Positions 13,601 to 26,628 of a stretch of 64,000 nt of DNA are shown here, one piece after another. Below the pieces are notes generated by a model that worked only from the letters and a program-made list of their open reading frames with translations, did no database searches and was not told the origin of the DNA. The stretch is from assembly GCA_950097015.1 (NCBI GenBank), contig CATNEN010000033.1:2542001-2606000 (forward strand), read 5' to 3'. The translations under genes were made by a program, and so were the position numbers. Position 1 is the first letter of the stretch. Each line of letters opens with the position of its first letter. The DNA comes from Macrostomum hystrix (lineage: Eukaryota; Animalia; Platyhelminthes).

Positions 13601-15573
13601 CTTTAATAAATCATGATATCGTCTTAAAAAATATCCCTGAAAGCACTTTTGCGATTACCTGAAAATCTCATGCAATCCTTTCAAGAAATCAAGATATTCC
13701 CTAGATATCGAATGCTTTTCCCCACAAACTCCATGCAATTTACTTGATATACCATGCTGCTATCTATTGACATCTAGCGCTGTAGTCTTTAGTTTAATGT
13801 TCTCATTCGAATTATCATGCTTTCAAAATACAGAAAAAACAATGATTGCTTTCCTGCACGAAAAAAACCCTAAGTCCTGCACGAAAAACTTTGCCACTAC
13901 ACTGAGGCAGTTAGAATGTGCGAACGGCCACCTCTCCGCCACTACACAGAGGCAGTTAGAATGTGCGAACGGCCACCTCTCCGCCACTACACAGAGGCAG
14001 TTAGAATGTGCGAACGGCCACCTCTCCGACACTAAACTGAGTCAGTTAGAATGTGCGAACGGCCACCTCTCCGCCACTACACTGAGTCAGTTAGAATGTG
14101 CGAACGGCCACCTCTCCGCCACTAAACTGAGGCAGTTAGAATGTGCGAACGGCCACCTCTCCGCCACTACACTGAGTCAGTTAGAATGTGCGAACGGCCA
14201 CCTCTCCGCCACTACACACAGTCAGTTAGAATGTGCGAACGGCCACCTCTCCGCCACTACAGAGTCAGTTAGAATGTGCGAACGGCCACCTCTCCGCCAC
14301 TCCACAGAGTCAGTTAGAATGTGCGAACGGCCACCTCTCCGCCCCGTTTTCAAACCGACTCCACTGGAGAGAGAATACACTAAGCAGATATATATATATA
14401 AGACAGAGAGAGGATTGATTGTTGATGTTGATGAATGATATCCCATAAACATCCATCTCAGATATATTATTGCTAAATATCTCCATAGACATCCATCTCA
14501 GGTAGCATTGCTAAATGTCGGGATTTGTAAATCACACTAATATCTAATTAAGGTTAACTGGACAACTCCAAATGTAAAATACTCCCAAAGGCGGTTGCTA
14601 ACCTTCTCGAGGCTTTGAGTGACATCGAACAGCGCCTCAGCGTCCGGATGAAAAGTGCCCAGCACCGTCTTCTCGCTGACACCGGCCCGAATGTCTCGCA
14701 GCACAATGCGAATCAGCCACTTCTGCTCCAATGCGGTGGTCTGCCTAATCAGTGCAAACAGATGGCGCTTGACCTCATCGCGCTTGTTGGCAGCGTTGGC
14801 GGCGCTGATGGCGGTCAGGTGCGTGTTCACCTGCACAATGGGCGTGCCGAAAAGTTTGCCGATATGTACCGATACAGCAGCAAATGATACAAGTGGAAAG
14901 AGCGAAGAATATTCGTGGAATAGCTTTTAACTATTATCCTTTCTTTTGTCCAAAAGTTCTTAACTTTATCAAAAATTCACTAAGCTTATAAATAAAATAA
15001 CTCACGCTAAAATTTCGAAATGTATCGAAAAAATGTTTTTTACAGTTACTTTGTTCATCCGGCAAGACAATACAGATGCTCTTGGCCCAGTCGCACCTGT
15101 TCAACAGTGAGAGTTCCCTCGTGCGGGCACCGATGCTGCAGTATAAAGTAAGCCGTAGAGGCGAAGTCGCCAGTGGTCGCGCCCGACTGCCCGGGGTTCT
15201 TATAGTTCAGCAGCTTCTTGGCTTCCGGACTGTCGCGGCCCAGGCACAGGATCTCGGTGTAGATCTTGGCCAGCATGAATTCCTTGATGCCGTAGGCTGG
15301 CCGGGACCGGTCGCTAAGCGGAAGCAGCAGACGCATGGCGGGGTAGAATGAGTCCGGCTGCTGCTGGGAGCCGTGCAGCTCGGAGTGCAACTGCCGCCAT
15401 TTGGACATGAAAGCCGCAATAGGCGCACTTTTCTCCTTGTGACCCCGAAGCCGGCTGACCCGCTCCAGCAGGCCGGCCAGCTCGCTGAATGGAACCCGCG
15501 ATGCCACGGTGGCGACGGCGGCTGGCGACGCCGAGGAAGCTGCTGACGTTGATGGCTGGTCGCTGGCAGACAT
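7648..15573 (-). CDS. LIG4: DNA ligase IV
   Basis: Six exons with GT-AG borders and consistent phases: 15573-15097, 14830-14603, 10992-10486, 10321-9773, 9131-8234, 7928-7648. Motifs: DNA-binding domain, LEVKFDGER (KxDG), EGLMAK, WFKLKPEF, OB-fold IVGGYFGSG and RFPRV, two BRCT domains separated by an XRCC4-binding-like segment DEFGDSY. Confidence 0.96.
8040..8190. repeat. Short degenerate tandem repeat (gaatagtgaaacttga...) in LIG4 intron 5
   Basis: Directly visible. Confidence 0.85.
9225..9755. repeat. Minisatellite, 28-bp unit gagcacaggtcagagttaagagcacagt (35-bp variant), LIG4 intron 4
   Basis: Directly visible. Confidence 0.95.
11705..13560. repeat. Minisatellite, 20-bp unit gatagttcatgcttcccct(t/c), ~90 copies, LIG4 intron 2
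   Basis: Directly visible. Confidence 0.97.
13895..14342. repeat. Minisatellite, 45-bp unit, ~10 copies, LIG4 intron 2
   Basis: Unit cagttagaatgtgcgaacggccacctctccgccactacactgagt; it produces the spurious QLECANGHLSATT ORF. Confidence 0.95.
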
Positions 15574-16363
15574 TTCGGCTTCAGCTCAACCTGACGGCAC
15601 AATTGACAATGAAATTCAAGTGCGCGACAGTGTCTTCACTAATTAGAAGCTTGCCTTCCCAATAGAATACTTAGACCATAATTATCTTCTGCTTTGAATG
15701 CTTCTGGCCAATCAAACTTGCAGGCTTCTGTACGCCCTGACCAATCAGAGAATATCTTCCCCGCTAACGTACGCTCGTATTTGTAAACTAATAAAATATG
15801 GCAATGGCATACATTTTAATGGTCTGGCAAGCCAAAAAAGGAAGATTAGCCTCAATCCTTGGACCTTTAAGAGAACAGAGGATTGCCCTGTATACTTGGA
15901 CCAATCAGAGACCGCTGATCAATATTGTCCTGACGAATCAGGAAACATGTTACAACGAACACTACTTTTGGAACAATCAACATCTCTCGTCTCCGATGAG
16001 AACTATCTGTATTGTCTGTACAAAAAGCGTATCTATAAACTACTTTGCACTACTTCAAACGCGATAGAAATAGATAAGTCAACACCGATTTCCAGTCCAA
16101 TAAATGCGAACCAATCCAAAGTGCATCATGGTCGCTGCGAATTCTTTTGTATTTTAAGTTCCATTTATCTCTGATGACAGGGCCACGGACGCAGGAGTTA
16201 TATTTCAACATTTACTGACCATTTAAAGACAATATAAACGCTGAGCACAACTGCTTGGCAACAATACAAATAGCAAACTGCGCAATTGAAACAGACTGTT
16301 CCACACTCTCACTAGCCAATCAGCACGGCTGCTCCAGTCACCAGTCAGTATTAAACCGATCGA

Positions 16364-16892
16364 CTATTCAGCTTGGGCTTTCAACAGAAAATCCATCGCT
16401 TGGGAAGCCTGAGACGAGCCCAAGTCCTGCAATAGAGAACGAGGCCAAGTGGCTTGAGATATGAGACCAATCAGAGAATATGCCACAATTATGGAGTCGC
16501 CAGTATTGTGTCAGTGAACAGACAAGATCAACTCAAAGCTCACTCACCCGCACCACCACGCAGGAGCACTTGACCACTTTGCGCGGCTTGCCTTCCTTGT
16601 CGATCTTGCAAAGGCCGGCCCACTCGCCAAGCTGCTTGGCCTGCTCCACCTTGACCAGACGCACATTGTGTTCATGGCACAGGGCCTCAACCAGCTTGCT
16701 GTAGGATCCCTCGTCGCAGTCACTGGCCAGAATGCACAGGTGGGCATTGCGCTTCTCCAGAGCCTTCGTAGCTTCGTGCAATCCGCGCGCCAAGCCGTCG
16801 TGCACCATCGAGGTCTTCAGCACCTCCTGCACAGCCGTCTCGATTGTCAGCGGGCCACCACCAGCGGCAACATCTCCTTCCGTGTCGCTCAT
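16364..16892 (-). CDS. RPS12: 40S ribosomal protein S12 (eS12)
   Basis: Exons 16892-16548 and 16426-16364. Signature [15 protein letters not shown]...LVEALC...[28 protein letters not shown]. Confidence 0.97.
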
Positions 16893-17279
16893 TGTTAAAA
16901 CTGCTTGTTGAATAAGAGACAGCGGACGTCCTCCTGGTTGGAGCAAGTAGGAGAAAGAGACTCAGATTGGACTAAGATTTCATTAATCTACTCAAAGGGC
17001 AGCCACGCTTACTGCTGCATTCTGTACAATATGAAATGGCTTTATTTATTCATTTATTCTCTACACATGCAGCAGCTTTTTGCAGGCTGCAAATTTATCG
17101 TTATTTTACAGTTGTATGAATTTCTAAACTGGTTAAATTAATTTCAACTTGTTAAATTTTATTTGAAAGTTTTGAATTAGTGTATATAATGGGACCATAA
17201 GAGGACAAGAGAAGAAGAGTTCTTCTCGATAGTGCGGCGACCGTGAGCACTATCGATGCACCCAGCGCAATAGCCGCAT

Positions 17280-18800
17280 GCCTTGCTGTGCCACCTTGAT
17301 GCGAAAACCTGATGGAAGTTTTATGCGCGGCAGAAGTATTCATTCTCATGATCCTACACCAGACGCATTAGCTGTGCGCAAGATAATTCATGACGTAAAG
17401 ACGGCTGCGGCTTCCGATGTTTTCAAGTCAGCTGCCACCATTTCTGAGGAGCGCCTGCTTCAAAGTTTTAGCTCAAAGGAAGCCAAAAATTTGCCAAATC
17501 CGGCAAATCTTGCCAGGATGGCAAACTGATTTTGCGAACGAGATCAACGGGAAGAGCCAAGGAATTTGGATTTCGAGCTCCAGCAAGAAGCGATTCCCAA
17601 TGGCTTCTTCAAAGGCATGTCCGAGTTCGAGAACGTCGGCACCTGATTTTTGCAACAGAGCAACAACTTAAATTGTTCCATGATGTCTACATGGATGGAA
17701 CATTTTCTATCATCAGATGGCCTTTCGTGCAGCTTTATTCCCTTTATGGATTTTTGAGATCAGAAGGACAAATCAAGCAGGCAAGACTTTTTTATAGAAT
17801 ACTTACGATTTACACTAGAACGTATCATTTGTTCAATCTTTTCACTGACCAAAGATTCAACTGACATAAAAGCGAATGGGGAGAAGGGGAAAGGAAAAGG
17901 ATAATACGTAAAATTTACTCCATTACTATTAATTATACTGGAATTACGGATGGGATGACACCGGCGCTAGAAAAAAAAGGGGAAATTTAAGAGGAGGGCA
18001 CATCACAACTGTGATTCGTTATTGTTTACTACAGGTCCCATTGGTCTTTATTCTCATGTCGGGAAGGCAGACCCGCGACTACAAGGCCATTCTGAGCGAA
18101 ATTTGACGCCATGTCCCTAACTTTGCGCCTCCCCGATTCGTCCTAGACTTTGAGCGATCCACGTGGAAAGCAATTAGGCACATCTTTCCCTAGGCCGATG
18201 TTCAGGGATGCAACCTTCACTGGACTCAAGCCTTGTGGAGAAAACTGCAGAGTGTTGGACTGCAACAGTCTTATTGTGAAGACGAGGGCACAACGCTTCA
18301 TCCGAAAGCTCATGGCACTGCCCTATCTGCCTCGTGATGCGATCATGCCTGTCTTCGAAGATCTTTGTTCTGACAATGCTGTGCAGCTGGACAATTGAAT
18401 CAAGGATCTCTGCGACTATATTAGCAACACATGGCTGAATGACAGAGGAAGCTACTGGAGTGCAACAGACATTTGCATATTTGGCCAGCCCATCAGAACT
18501 AACAACGATCTGGAGGGTTGGCACAATCGCCACAATCGCCACAATTGCAAGGCCGGAAGGCGCAATCTACATTTTTACCAACTGCTTCAACTGCTTCATA
18601 AAGAGGCGGCACTCGTCCCACTTCAGGAGCAACTTCTGTCCAGAGTGCTGTGACGAGAGCAACGGCTGGCTTACAGAACAGTGCAGTCGCGGCTTTTTTG
18701 CTACTGGGCAGAATTCAAGGACGGAAGTTGCACAATCCAGCAGCTGCTTAAAGCCTGTGCTCGCCTCGTCAATCCAAAACTTGAAAATTGATTTTTATAC
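17280..18800 (+). mobile_element. Decayed Mutator-like (MULE) transposase
   Basis: Fragments across frames: HSHDP, VYMDGTF, QLYSL, PLVFILM, FVLDFE, GCNLHWTQALWRK (CxxH), RKLMALPYLP, RTNNDLEGWHN. Several stops and frameshifts; TIRs not located. Confidence 0.85.
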
Positions 18801-21586
18801 ATATTCAATTAGGAACGAATAACTATTGAAACTATCGACTACTCTTAAATCGTTTAATTTGAAGTAAAACTTACACAATCTTTGAGTGTTGAGTCCTTTA
18901 TACTACAGTGGTCCTTGACCAAACTATAATGATTTACTTTTCTAATGCTTTTTAAAACAAGGGGTTTATAGAAAATTTAAAGGGGCCTGAGAATTTTACG
19001 GTTTTTTACAAACATTTTTAGTGATCAGAATTATTGTGAAATAAGAGCATGTGCTATATAAAAGAATATAAAAAATGTAAATTACTTTCGCAATTAAAAA
19101 AATGGAACGGCATACCGACGCCACACGTATATTAAAACAAATTCGCATATCATAATTTAATAATACTTAATAGGTGTGCGTAGTTCAAATGGAAGGCTGT
19201 TTTCTAAACATATTCAGGTGCAAGAATAGCTGTCACTGAACTGACCCATTTTGTCACCGAAATGTCTTGTCACCGAAATGACCTGGGACCCACTGGAGGT
19301 ACTCATTAATATGGTTGGTATCAAAAAGACATCAGAGGTGCCATAAATCACCTTAAATTTGGTCTTAACATGGACCCAAGACCCCTTGGTGTTGGAGTGG
19401 AATGTGGAGTGTTGGGTCATTGGGGTCCCTGAGGAAGGCTGCTACTCTCTAGGCTACCCTACTGGAGGGAGAACCACAAGTTTTGGGGTCTCTGTAAAAA
19501 CCAAAATGGACCACAAATGACTACAGTGAGACCAAGGCAGTAGTTTCTTTATATTTTCTTTTATAATGTGGTTCTAGGAGCTCTGCTGATTTCTATTTGA
19601 TATTAGTTTAAATTGAATATATAAAAAAAAACAATTTAATGCATTTTTTGAAGTAGGCCTAATTAGATAATATTAGATAATTACAAAAAACGGCAAGATG
19701 TAGTTTATATTTGTATAAAGATTAATGCCAAAATCAACATGGAGTATTTGTTTAATTAGAATCGCAATCTCTACTTGTTCACTTTTATTTTAAGTAAACC
19801 TGAAGATGCACACTGTTTAGCGAAACGCATCATTAATTAATGCATTTTTTTAATTCAATGTAATGATTTCAAGAAATTCGACTGTTAGAGTATTGTTTTT
19901 TACTTGATTTGCATAGGAAGCAATAAATACAATTACTTACGATGAAGCTCTACCCAAACAGGAATGGGAGTTAGTCAAAAGATAGGCCTAAGCAAATGTT
20001 CCAAGAGCAGTATCGACGTGGCGCGTCCGCAGCTTTTTATTTTAACTTAAAAAAGTGCATTTTTTTAGAAATAAACAAATTATTTTTTTAGCCAAGGCTT
20101 AAACTTTAGTGCACAATGAAATGACACGAAAGCTTCGTATTTTTATGATTTTTTAAGACAGACACAAAACTATCAAGCTAGCAGTAATTATTTAGAGTTT
20201 GTTAAATTTTTAAACAGTCCTTCTGTAACAGTTTTGCGTTACTAAACTACTTTTCGAATTATATGGACTCGCAATAAAATGTAAACTTTTACTTAGCTCT
20301 CACTGAGACGCCAGCCGCACGGGTTAGAAGGTCGCCAATCACCCTCGAGTGTATTTTAATATAATTGCTGAGCCAATCAGCGTACAGAGTCAGGGTTCGA
20401 GATGACGTACAGTATTTAAGTAACAAACATTAAAACAAATACGAATACAGTAAATTACAGTATATAAAGGAAGTACAGTACGAATACCATATAATACTGG
20501 TACAAAATTACATTCCGAATGTTTGTGTAAATATGGAAGGTTATTGTAAATGCGAACATTCAAATATGGCAAGAAAATCGCACTACACTTCATTCGATTT
20601 TTAAGACTCAGTTGGAAGTCTGGTTAGTAACCAATTAGTAATTAAGTGGTGTAGTAAATTTGAAATTAGTAATTGGTTACTATCGCTTCTCATAACGCAA
20701 ACATATATAAGACGTTCTCATAATTATTTTAATTAAAGCAAATATCAGATTACGCATACGAGAGCGAACAGCTGAAAAAAAATTAATTGCTGCTCCGCAA
20801 TATGACCTAATAAAAAACAAAATGCAGAAAACGTATATAAATACGACATAAAAATGTATCATCCTGGATGGAAACTATACAAAGCTATTATTCAGTTTTA
20901 GCAAACGGAACAAAGACGGAAAGTGCTGGGCGTGAGGAAGGTAAAACTAAGGCGAATTAAGCGATGGCCCGCTTGCACTAAGCCAATATAATTTATTTCA
21001 AAAATGAAAAAACAGACGAAAAAAGCAAGCAGACGAAGAAAATAGAAGATCGGATATAAATGGGTCGGCTTGTGGGTGCGACAACGAAGGAAAAGGTTGT
21101 AGGCATCCTATTTCGTCGCCGCAATGCTGCCCAAAGCGTGTAGTATCGATTCCGATCTGAAACTTCCGACTAGTGGCTGGGTGCATGCAGCTAGGCGAGC
21201 GTGACCGCGTCTGCCCGGTTGATCGGCCGGCTGGTCAGTGGTCGCAGCCCTCGGAAGCCTTGCGGTGGGTTTTGCAGTGCGGCTCCGTTTAGAACTTATT
21301 CAAGAACCGGCCGGATGCGCATCGTGTCCGTTTTGTTTGAATTAGAAAAAATTCTAATTCGTGCTTGTAAACCGAATCGAATGCGTGAGAGCATTTATCT
21401 CACGAGCAGCCATTTTACGAGCAGCCACGAGGAAGTCAGATGGTCTCGTATTGGCTGTAAATGCCTATTACTTCCATCGCTGTTCGATCGAGACATAGTG
21501 TCTAAACACTAATTAAAAATAATTTTTCATTCTGAAGCATTTTAAAAGTCCTGCAAAATCTACATTTTCGTCCTCAATTTTCTGGA

Positions 21587-24500
21587 ATGAATTTGCAACT
21601 GTCAACTAGAGTAGTGGGCCTTATTGTGTCCGCTGCGATCGCTTGGCAAATCGGCTCGGCGTCAGCAGAGGCTCCAAGCCAGCGGGATGAGGCATCGAGC
21701 GACGAGAAGATCTGGAATCTGCTCCAGCTGGGCAGCAAGTATAACAAAATTGTCCGACCGCCACCGGACTATAATTCAACCAATGTTGTCTATATGGGAT
21801 TCGTCGTCTTGAAACTTCTTGGAATCGTAAGTCGATGGATCAAAACACTCCCGACTGTGATTACGCATTATTTTACAATAGTTTCAAGCATTTCGAATTA
21901 AGAATGTGTCGTACAAATTTGAAGTCCGAAGCAGATGTCAATTTAAGGCTCTAGAATCGAGACCGAAGTCAATCCTCGAACCAAAACCAACTGAAGTCAG
22001 TAGCTGGTCGTTCTAGGCGACTAGAACAGCCGAGACATCTCACCCCAGTTCTTCCCATGGTATCGACCAGCTACTGATTTCAGTTGGTTCGGTTCGAGGA
22101 TTGACCTCGGGCTCCATTCTAGACCCTTTAGTTGATATCCCCATTATCCATCTGACCCGTGCGCAGTCCAGACGATAAGCTCCCAGCTCCGGCTGCATAG
22201 ATGTAGTATGCACCCGAGGCCATATACATTTGGTGCACGATATAGCTATTCTATTCTGAAATTGTATGATTCGAATCGACTAGATCTTACCCATAGACAG
22301 TAGAAGCAATTAAATCAGAGCGTGCAGCAATACATCATAATAGGAGCACACTTTGAACAAATGTCTATGGCACAATGTTATGGACAGTTTAGCAAGTCAT
22401 ATTAAGCCAGTTATGGCCATAGACATAAAAGGCGGGAAATAATCTGCCTTCATTGTTAGGCCCCAAAAAACTCCCCTACAATGATACAATGAGCTATGAC
22501 ATTACATGGTAGCGGCTTCTGTCATGCCATAACGTCATTTTGTTTGAATCAACTTAATTATACTCGTAATTTAACTTTTATATCAAACAAGCCGTTTATA
22601 GTCTGTCCACAAAGCTTCGCAAAACCTGGCGAAGTTGCAAAAATAGACAGGAATGTATTTCTCGATGACGTAATTAAGTCAAACTGGTCATGGATACAAC
22701 AATTAGAGCAGTCTGCAAATTTATGCAGCGATAAATTTACTTAACATTTACACCATTTTTTCACCCAAAAACTTCAGAGTGAAGTTTCCCAGCACATGGC
22801 ACTTGAAGGCTACACTGAAATGGTGAGTCCAATTGTGCGATACAACTGTTCCCTCGTGTTTAAAAAAGAGAATTGAATGTGTTAAACCCAATTGACAAAT
22901 AAATCGCCAACTTCCTCAGTTGGAACGGGCTTTGATGTGGGGGCTTTCCGGCAGGCAATTTTGTGAATGAGCTTTTTGTCGCAAGTCTCACAGTAGACTT
23001 CTGTGCATGCACTGAACTTTCAGGAGTGGAATGATCCTCGTCTGGCTTGGTACGGCAAATTTAACGGCAGTTTTGATAATATCACAGCTATTTATCTGCC
23101 ACAGAGTGCCATTTGGATACCCGATATAATAACCATCAACACGTGAGACACTGATTGCTGATGCCTTTTCTATACAGGATCGAATTAAGCAATCTGCTCA
23201 ACTTATTTATCAGTACTCCAGCGTTCTTTATTATTCTTGCTCTGATATCTCGAAAAAAATTGTCTTTATAGGACGCTCTTCTTTACTGTTAAGATGCAAA
23301 TAAATAAACCGCTTAGAAACTCCTGCTTAGTACACAATTTTCCTGACGAGATTAGGTTCATTATTTTCTGTCCCGCAGTAGCAAATGCAAATAATTTGCT
23401 ACCATTTGCAGCGCCGAGTACAAAGAATCAAATCAGCCGCTGTCCACCATCGTGCAAGGCGACGGTCGCGTCTTCACCAGCTGGCCGTACAATTCGAAAA
23501 CCCTATGCGACATCAACATGCTGTACTTTCCATTCGACTCGCAGGTGTGTCGCGTTGTGTTCGGCAGCTGGCTGATGGTCAAGGCCAACCTGGAACTGCG
23601 GCTGCTCGACAAGAATTCGTCGTCAGTCCTTCCGCTGGACGCGGTCAGGCAACAGAGAATCGAGAGTGACGAGTACTGCATCACGAAGAGCGACTTCTCC
23701 GTAACGTCTGTGATGGATATGGACGCTTCCCAGGAGGCAGTCTTCACCGTTGCCATTCAGGTTAGTTTGTGGACTGAAGTAACCCTTTTTGGTACACGGA
23801 CCGCAAGTGATGAAAACGACTTTAAACTTAAAGGAGATGAAAAGAAGTTTTGGTGAATAAGTTTTCTCGAGGCCCGATGGTAAGCTAAGTGCAGTACCAA
23901 TCGGCCTCTTCAAGGAATTTCGCTCCACACTTGATAGTTCGATTGGACAGCGTAGACAAAAAAATGGCAACAAAAAGGTACCGGAAAATGTTTTGAAGCT
24001 CCGGGATTTGTTTTTGCCATCCGCGGCGGTGTTCGAGGACTTTTCAAAGCAGCCTGGCTGGTTGGATTGACATGACGATTAATTTCGTTTTTTTAACACC
24101 GTTTGCAAATCCACCAAAAACTTCAGCGCAAGCCGCTGTTCTACATCATGAACCTGATCGTACCGAGCTTCCTCATACTACTCATCTGCGTGTTCAGCTT
24201 CTTCCTGCCGCCGGATTCTGGCGAGAGACTGTCACTGAACATCACCCTGATGCTCACGCTGATGGTGTTTATGCAGATTGTGGCCGGCTACACTCCGGCC
24301 CAGAGTGACAGCGTGCCGATGCTGAGTGAGAGCTGTCCCCTTTGCTGATCAATCAATGTGCTCGATCATTGGTTTGTTGATTTGGTGGCTAACCTGGGGA
24401 CTGGAGCAACCGTTCTGGGGTCACCTATTCAACTTGCCAGAGGAGCTTGTAGCGGCCAGTAAGCTTCGGACTTCTGATCGAGAGGTCGGGAGTTCGTATC

Positions 24501-25685
24501 TCAGCCCTAGGGATACATAATGTGTACTTAAGCTAGATCGCTATTGCTTCAGTTCAGTGAAATTCGCATGTCAGCATTAGCTGGGGTAGAAATTTAGGTG
24601 TGTGACGGCCTCCCAAAGCTGAACAGCTGTATGCAGCCTCTGATAGCGCCGCGTAATAGCTGCGGCTGTGCTACTGGCTGTAAATCTGGCTGTACATCTG
24701 GCTGTACATCTGGCTGTACATCTGGCTTTACATCTGGCTGTACATCTGGCTGTACATCTGGCTGTACATCTGGCTGTACATCTGGCTGTACATCTGGCTG
24801 TACATCTAACCCAACTGTACGAGGTTAGGTGTCATTGGCATCAATCGACGCAGGCGGAATTAAAGTGCCAATTTAATGACAGTTGGACTGCCCCTGTAAA
24901 ACACAAATAAACACAAAACACCACTCGAACGTGTTTTCGAGCTTTCAAGAACGACTACTTCACCTACTTCATCAACTATTTTCAACCGAATTTCAGCCGG
25001 CTTCTTCGCCGCAGTGGTGGCCCTGACGGCCGTGTCCACCGTGGGCAGTGTGTTCCAGCTGTACTGCTGCTACAGGGCCCGCAGCTCGCATGGCTTCGCG
25101 CCCCCTGCTGCTATTCGAGCGGCCTGCTTTTGCGGACTTCGGGGCCGACCGGACAAAGGGGACGAAGCAGCGAGCGGAGATGGCAATGCGGAGGCCACTG
25201 TGAGTCTAGATTCATGTTGTGTGTGCTGATCTAGTTTAGAGATTCTGGTTCGCTTCACGCATCAGTGAATGTGTGATGGCCTTGTAGAAATACCCGAGCC
25301 TAAAGGCAGCCTCATCTTCAAAGGGAAATTAAGTGCATTGCTCAGAGAGTAACGGAGATTCTAAGTTAACGGTCAGGCGTCCGAAAAGGGGAAAATCCTC
25401 ACAAGCGATTGTAAAATTGACTAATTTGTACAATCGATGAAGTTTCAATACAGAAATAAGTTGAGCAGCAATTGAATAATTTGGACAGTTGACAACACCG
25501 ATCAGACCTCTTCTTGACCACTTCAGCGAATTCAGCAAGCGGCACCGCAGGACGCCACGGATATCAATTGGCTCGTGATAGGGCGCAGGCTCGACTGGGT
25601 CCTGTTGGTTGCCATGGTGATCGCCATGGTCGTCCTGGCGGTGTTTATGTGTCACGCCAGAAGTCCGGATTATGTTGCCTGCTAA
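21587..25685 (+). CDS. Cys-loop ligand-gated ion channel subunit (nAChR-like, non-alpha)
   Basis: Approximate exons: 21587-21826, ~22769-22823 (SEVSQHMALEGYTEM), ~23023-23142 (EWNDPRLAW..WIPDI), ~23411-23760 (Cys loop CDINMLYFPFDSQVC, GSW), ~24128-24325 (RKPLFY, M1, PPDSGERLSL, M2), ~24998-25199 (M3), 25527-25685 (M4). Signal peptide present. Confidence 0.93.
21945..22130. mobile_element. MITE-like inverted repeat in channel-gene intron 1
   Basis: Arm tctagaatc..gtcaatcctcgaacc..ccaactgaagtcagtagctggtcg pairs with cgaccagctactgatttcagttgg..ggttcgaggattgac..attctaga (~65-bp arms). Confidence 0.75.
24440..24810 (+). mobile_element. tRNA-derived SINE-like element with 12-bp tandem tail (tacatctggctg)
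   Basis: Degenerate tRNA-like head (..cggacttctgatcgagaggtcgggagttcgtatctc, B-box-like), followed by a body and a tandem tail at 24676-24808. Confidence 0.55.
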
Positions 25686-26628
25686 GCTTGATCTCTTTAA
25701 ACCAATGATTTAAATAGGAACATGCTGCTCTACGAGTACAAGCAAAATAAAGAAAAATTAGACTTTTTTTCAAGCAACTGTAATTAGCAAATTATATGAT
25801 ATTATATACAGATAATATTGTAATCGTATGTATGTATTCCTTTGCAATTTAATTATCCCTTTCATAGGCACTTTAAATAGTTGGAGAAAAGGAAAATGGG
25901 CAAATCAAGGGAAATATGAGGGTTCAAGATGCTACGTAATAAATGACATAAGACACTAAATTGGCCTTTTAAACCGATAATACATTCGTAGAGACAGATT
26001 GATAATAAATATGCGTTAAAAATCTATATTTATCCTTTTTTATCCACAAGTTTAACAAAAGTGAATTGAACTCAAGACGCTGTCGTGGTATAGTTAATAT
26101 AACTTTTTTCAAAAGGCAAAGCCTCACAACTTGGGATCAGGAATCGACTGTAGGCAAAGCCTCACAACCTGCGCAAGAAAAATATTCAAGAGGAAGAGGA
26201 AGAAATATTTTTTTGCGACTTTTTCACGACTTAACATGGCACTGACAACTCACTGGAAGCGGTTGTTTGGAAGCTGTGGAGGCGCACAAAACCAAGCAGG
26301 CAGAGACGGAAACAGGGCGACAAAATCGATCAAAGAGACCGATTCCGCGCCTCGCCGGTGTCACCTGCAGCTCAAAGACAAACACAGATGAGTCGCTTGA
26401 TTTCTAAGACAGTTAGAGCCTGTAAGATGCGGAGTCTACCCGGTCTGCATCACCCCATCCCGCGTTGTTTCCGGTGGATATTATATTCTTTCGAGCCACT
26501 GCAGATCAATATCTGCGCGTGTTATAAAACGGAGTTGGTCGGAGTTGGTAGTCACGTAGACGCCGCAGTCCCTGGGTCAAAGACAAACATCACGGCGAGC
26601 CACCCACGCTTTGGCTGAGCAATTTAAA

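Noticed and set aside
13767-14438. 223-aa ORF with QLECANGHLSATT repeats
   Set aside because: Translation of a 45-bp intronic minisatellite on the strand opposite LIG4; the frame shifts within the array.
16427-16547. Intronic snoRNA in RPS12 (vertebrate RPS12 hosts several)
   Set aside because: No box C (RTGATGA) found and no convincing H/ACA layout seen by eye in the 121-nt intron.
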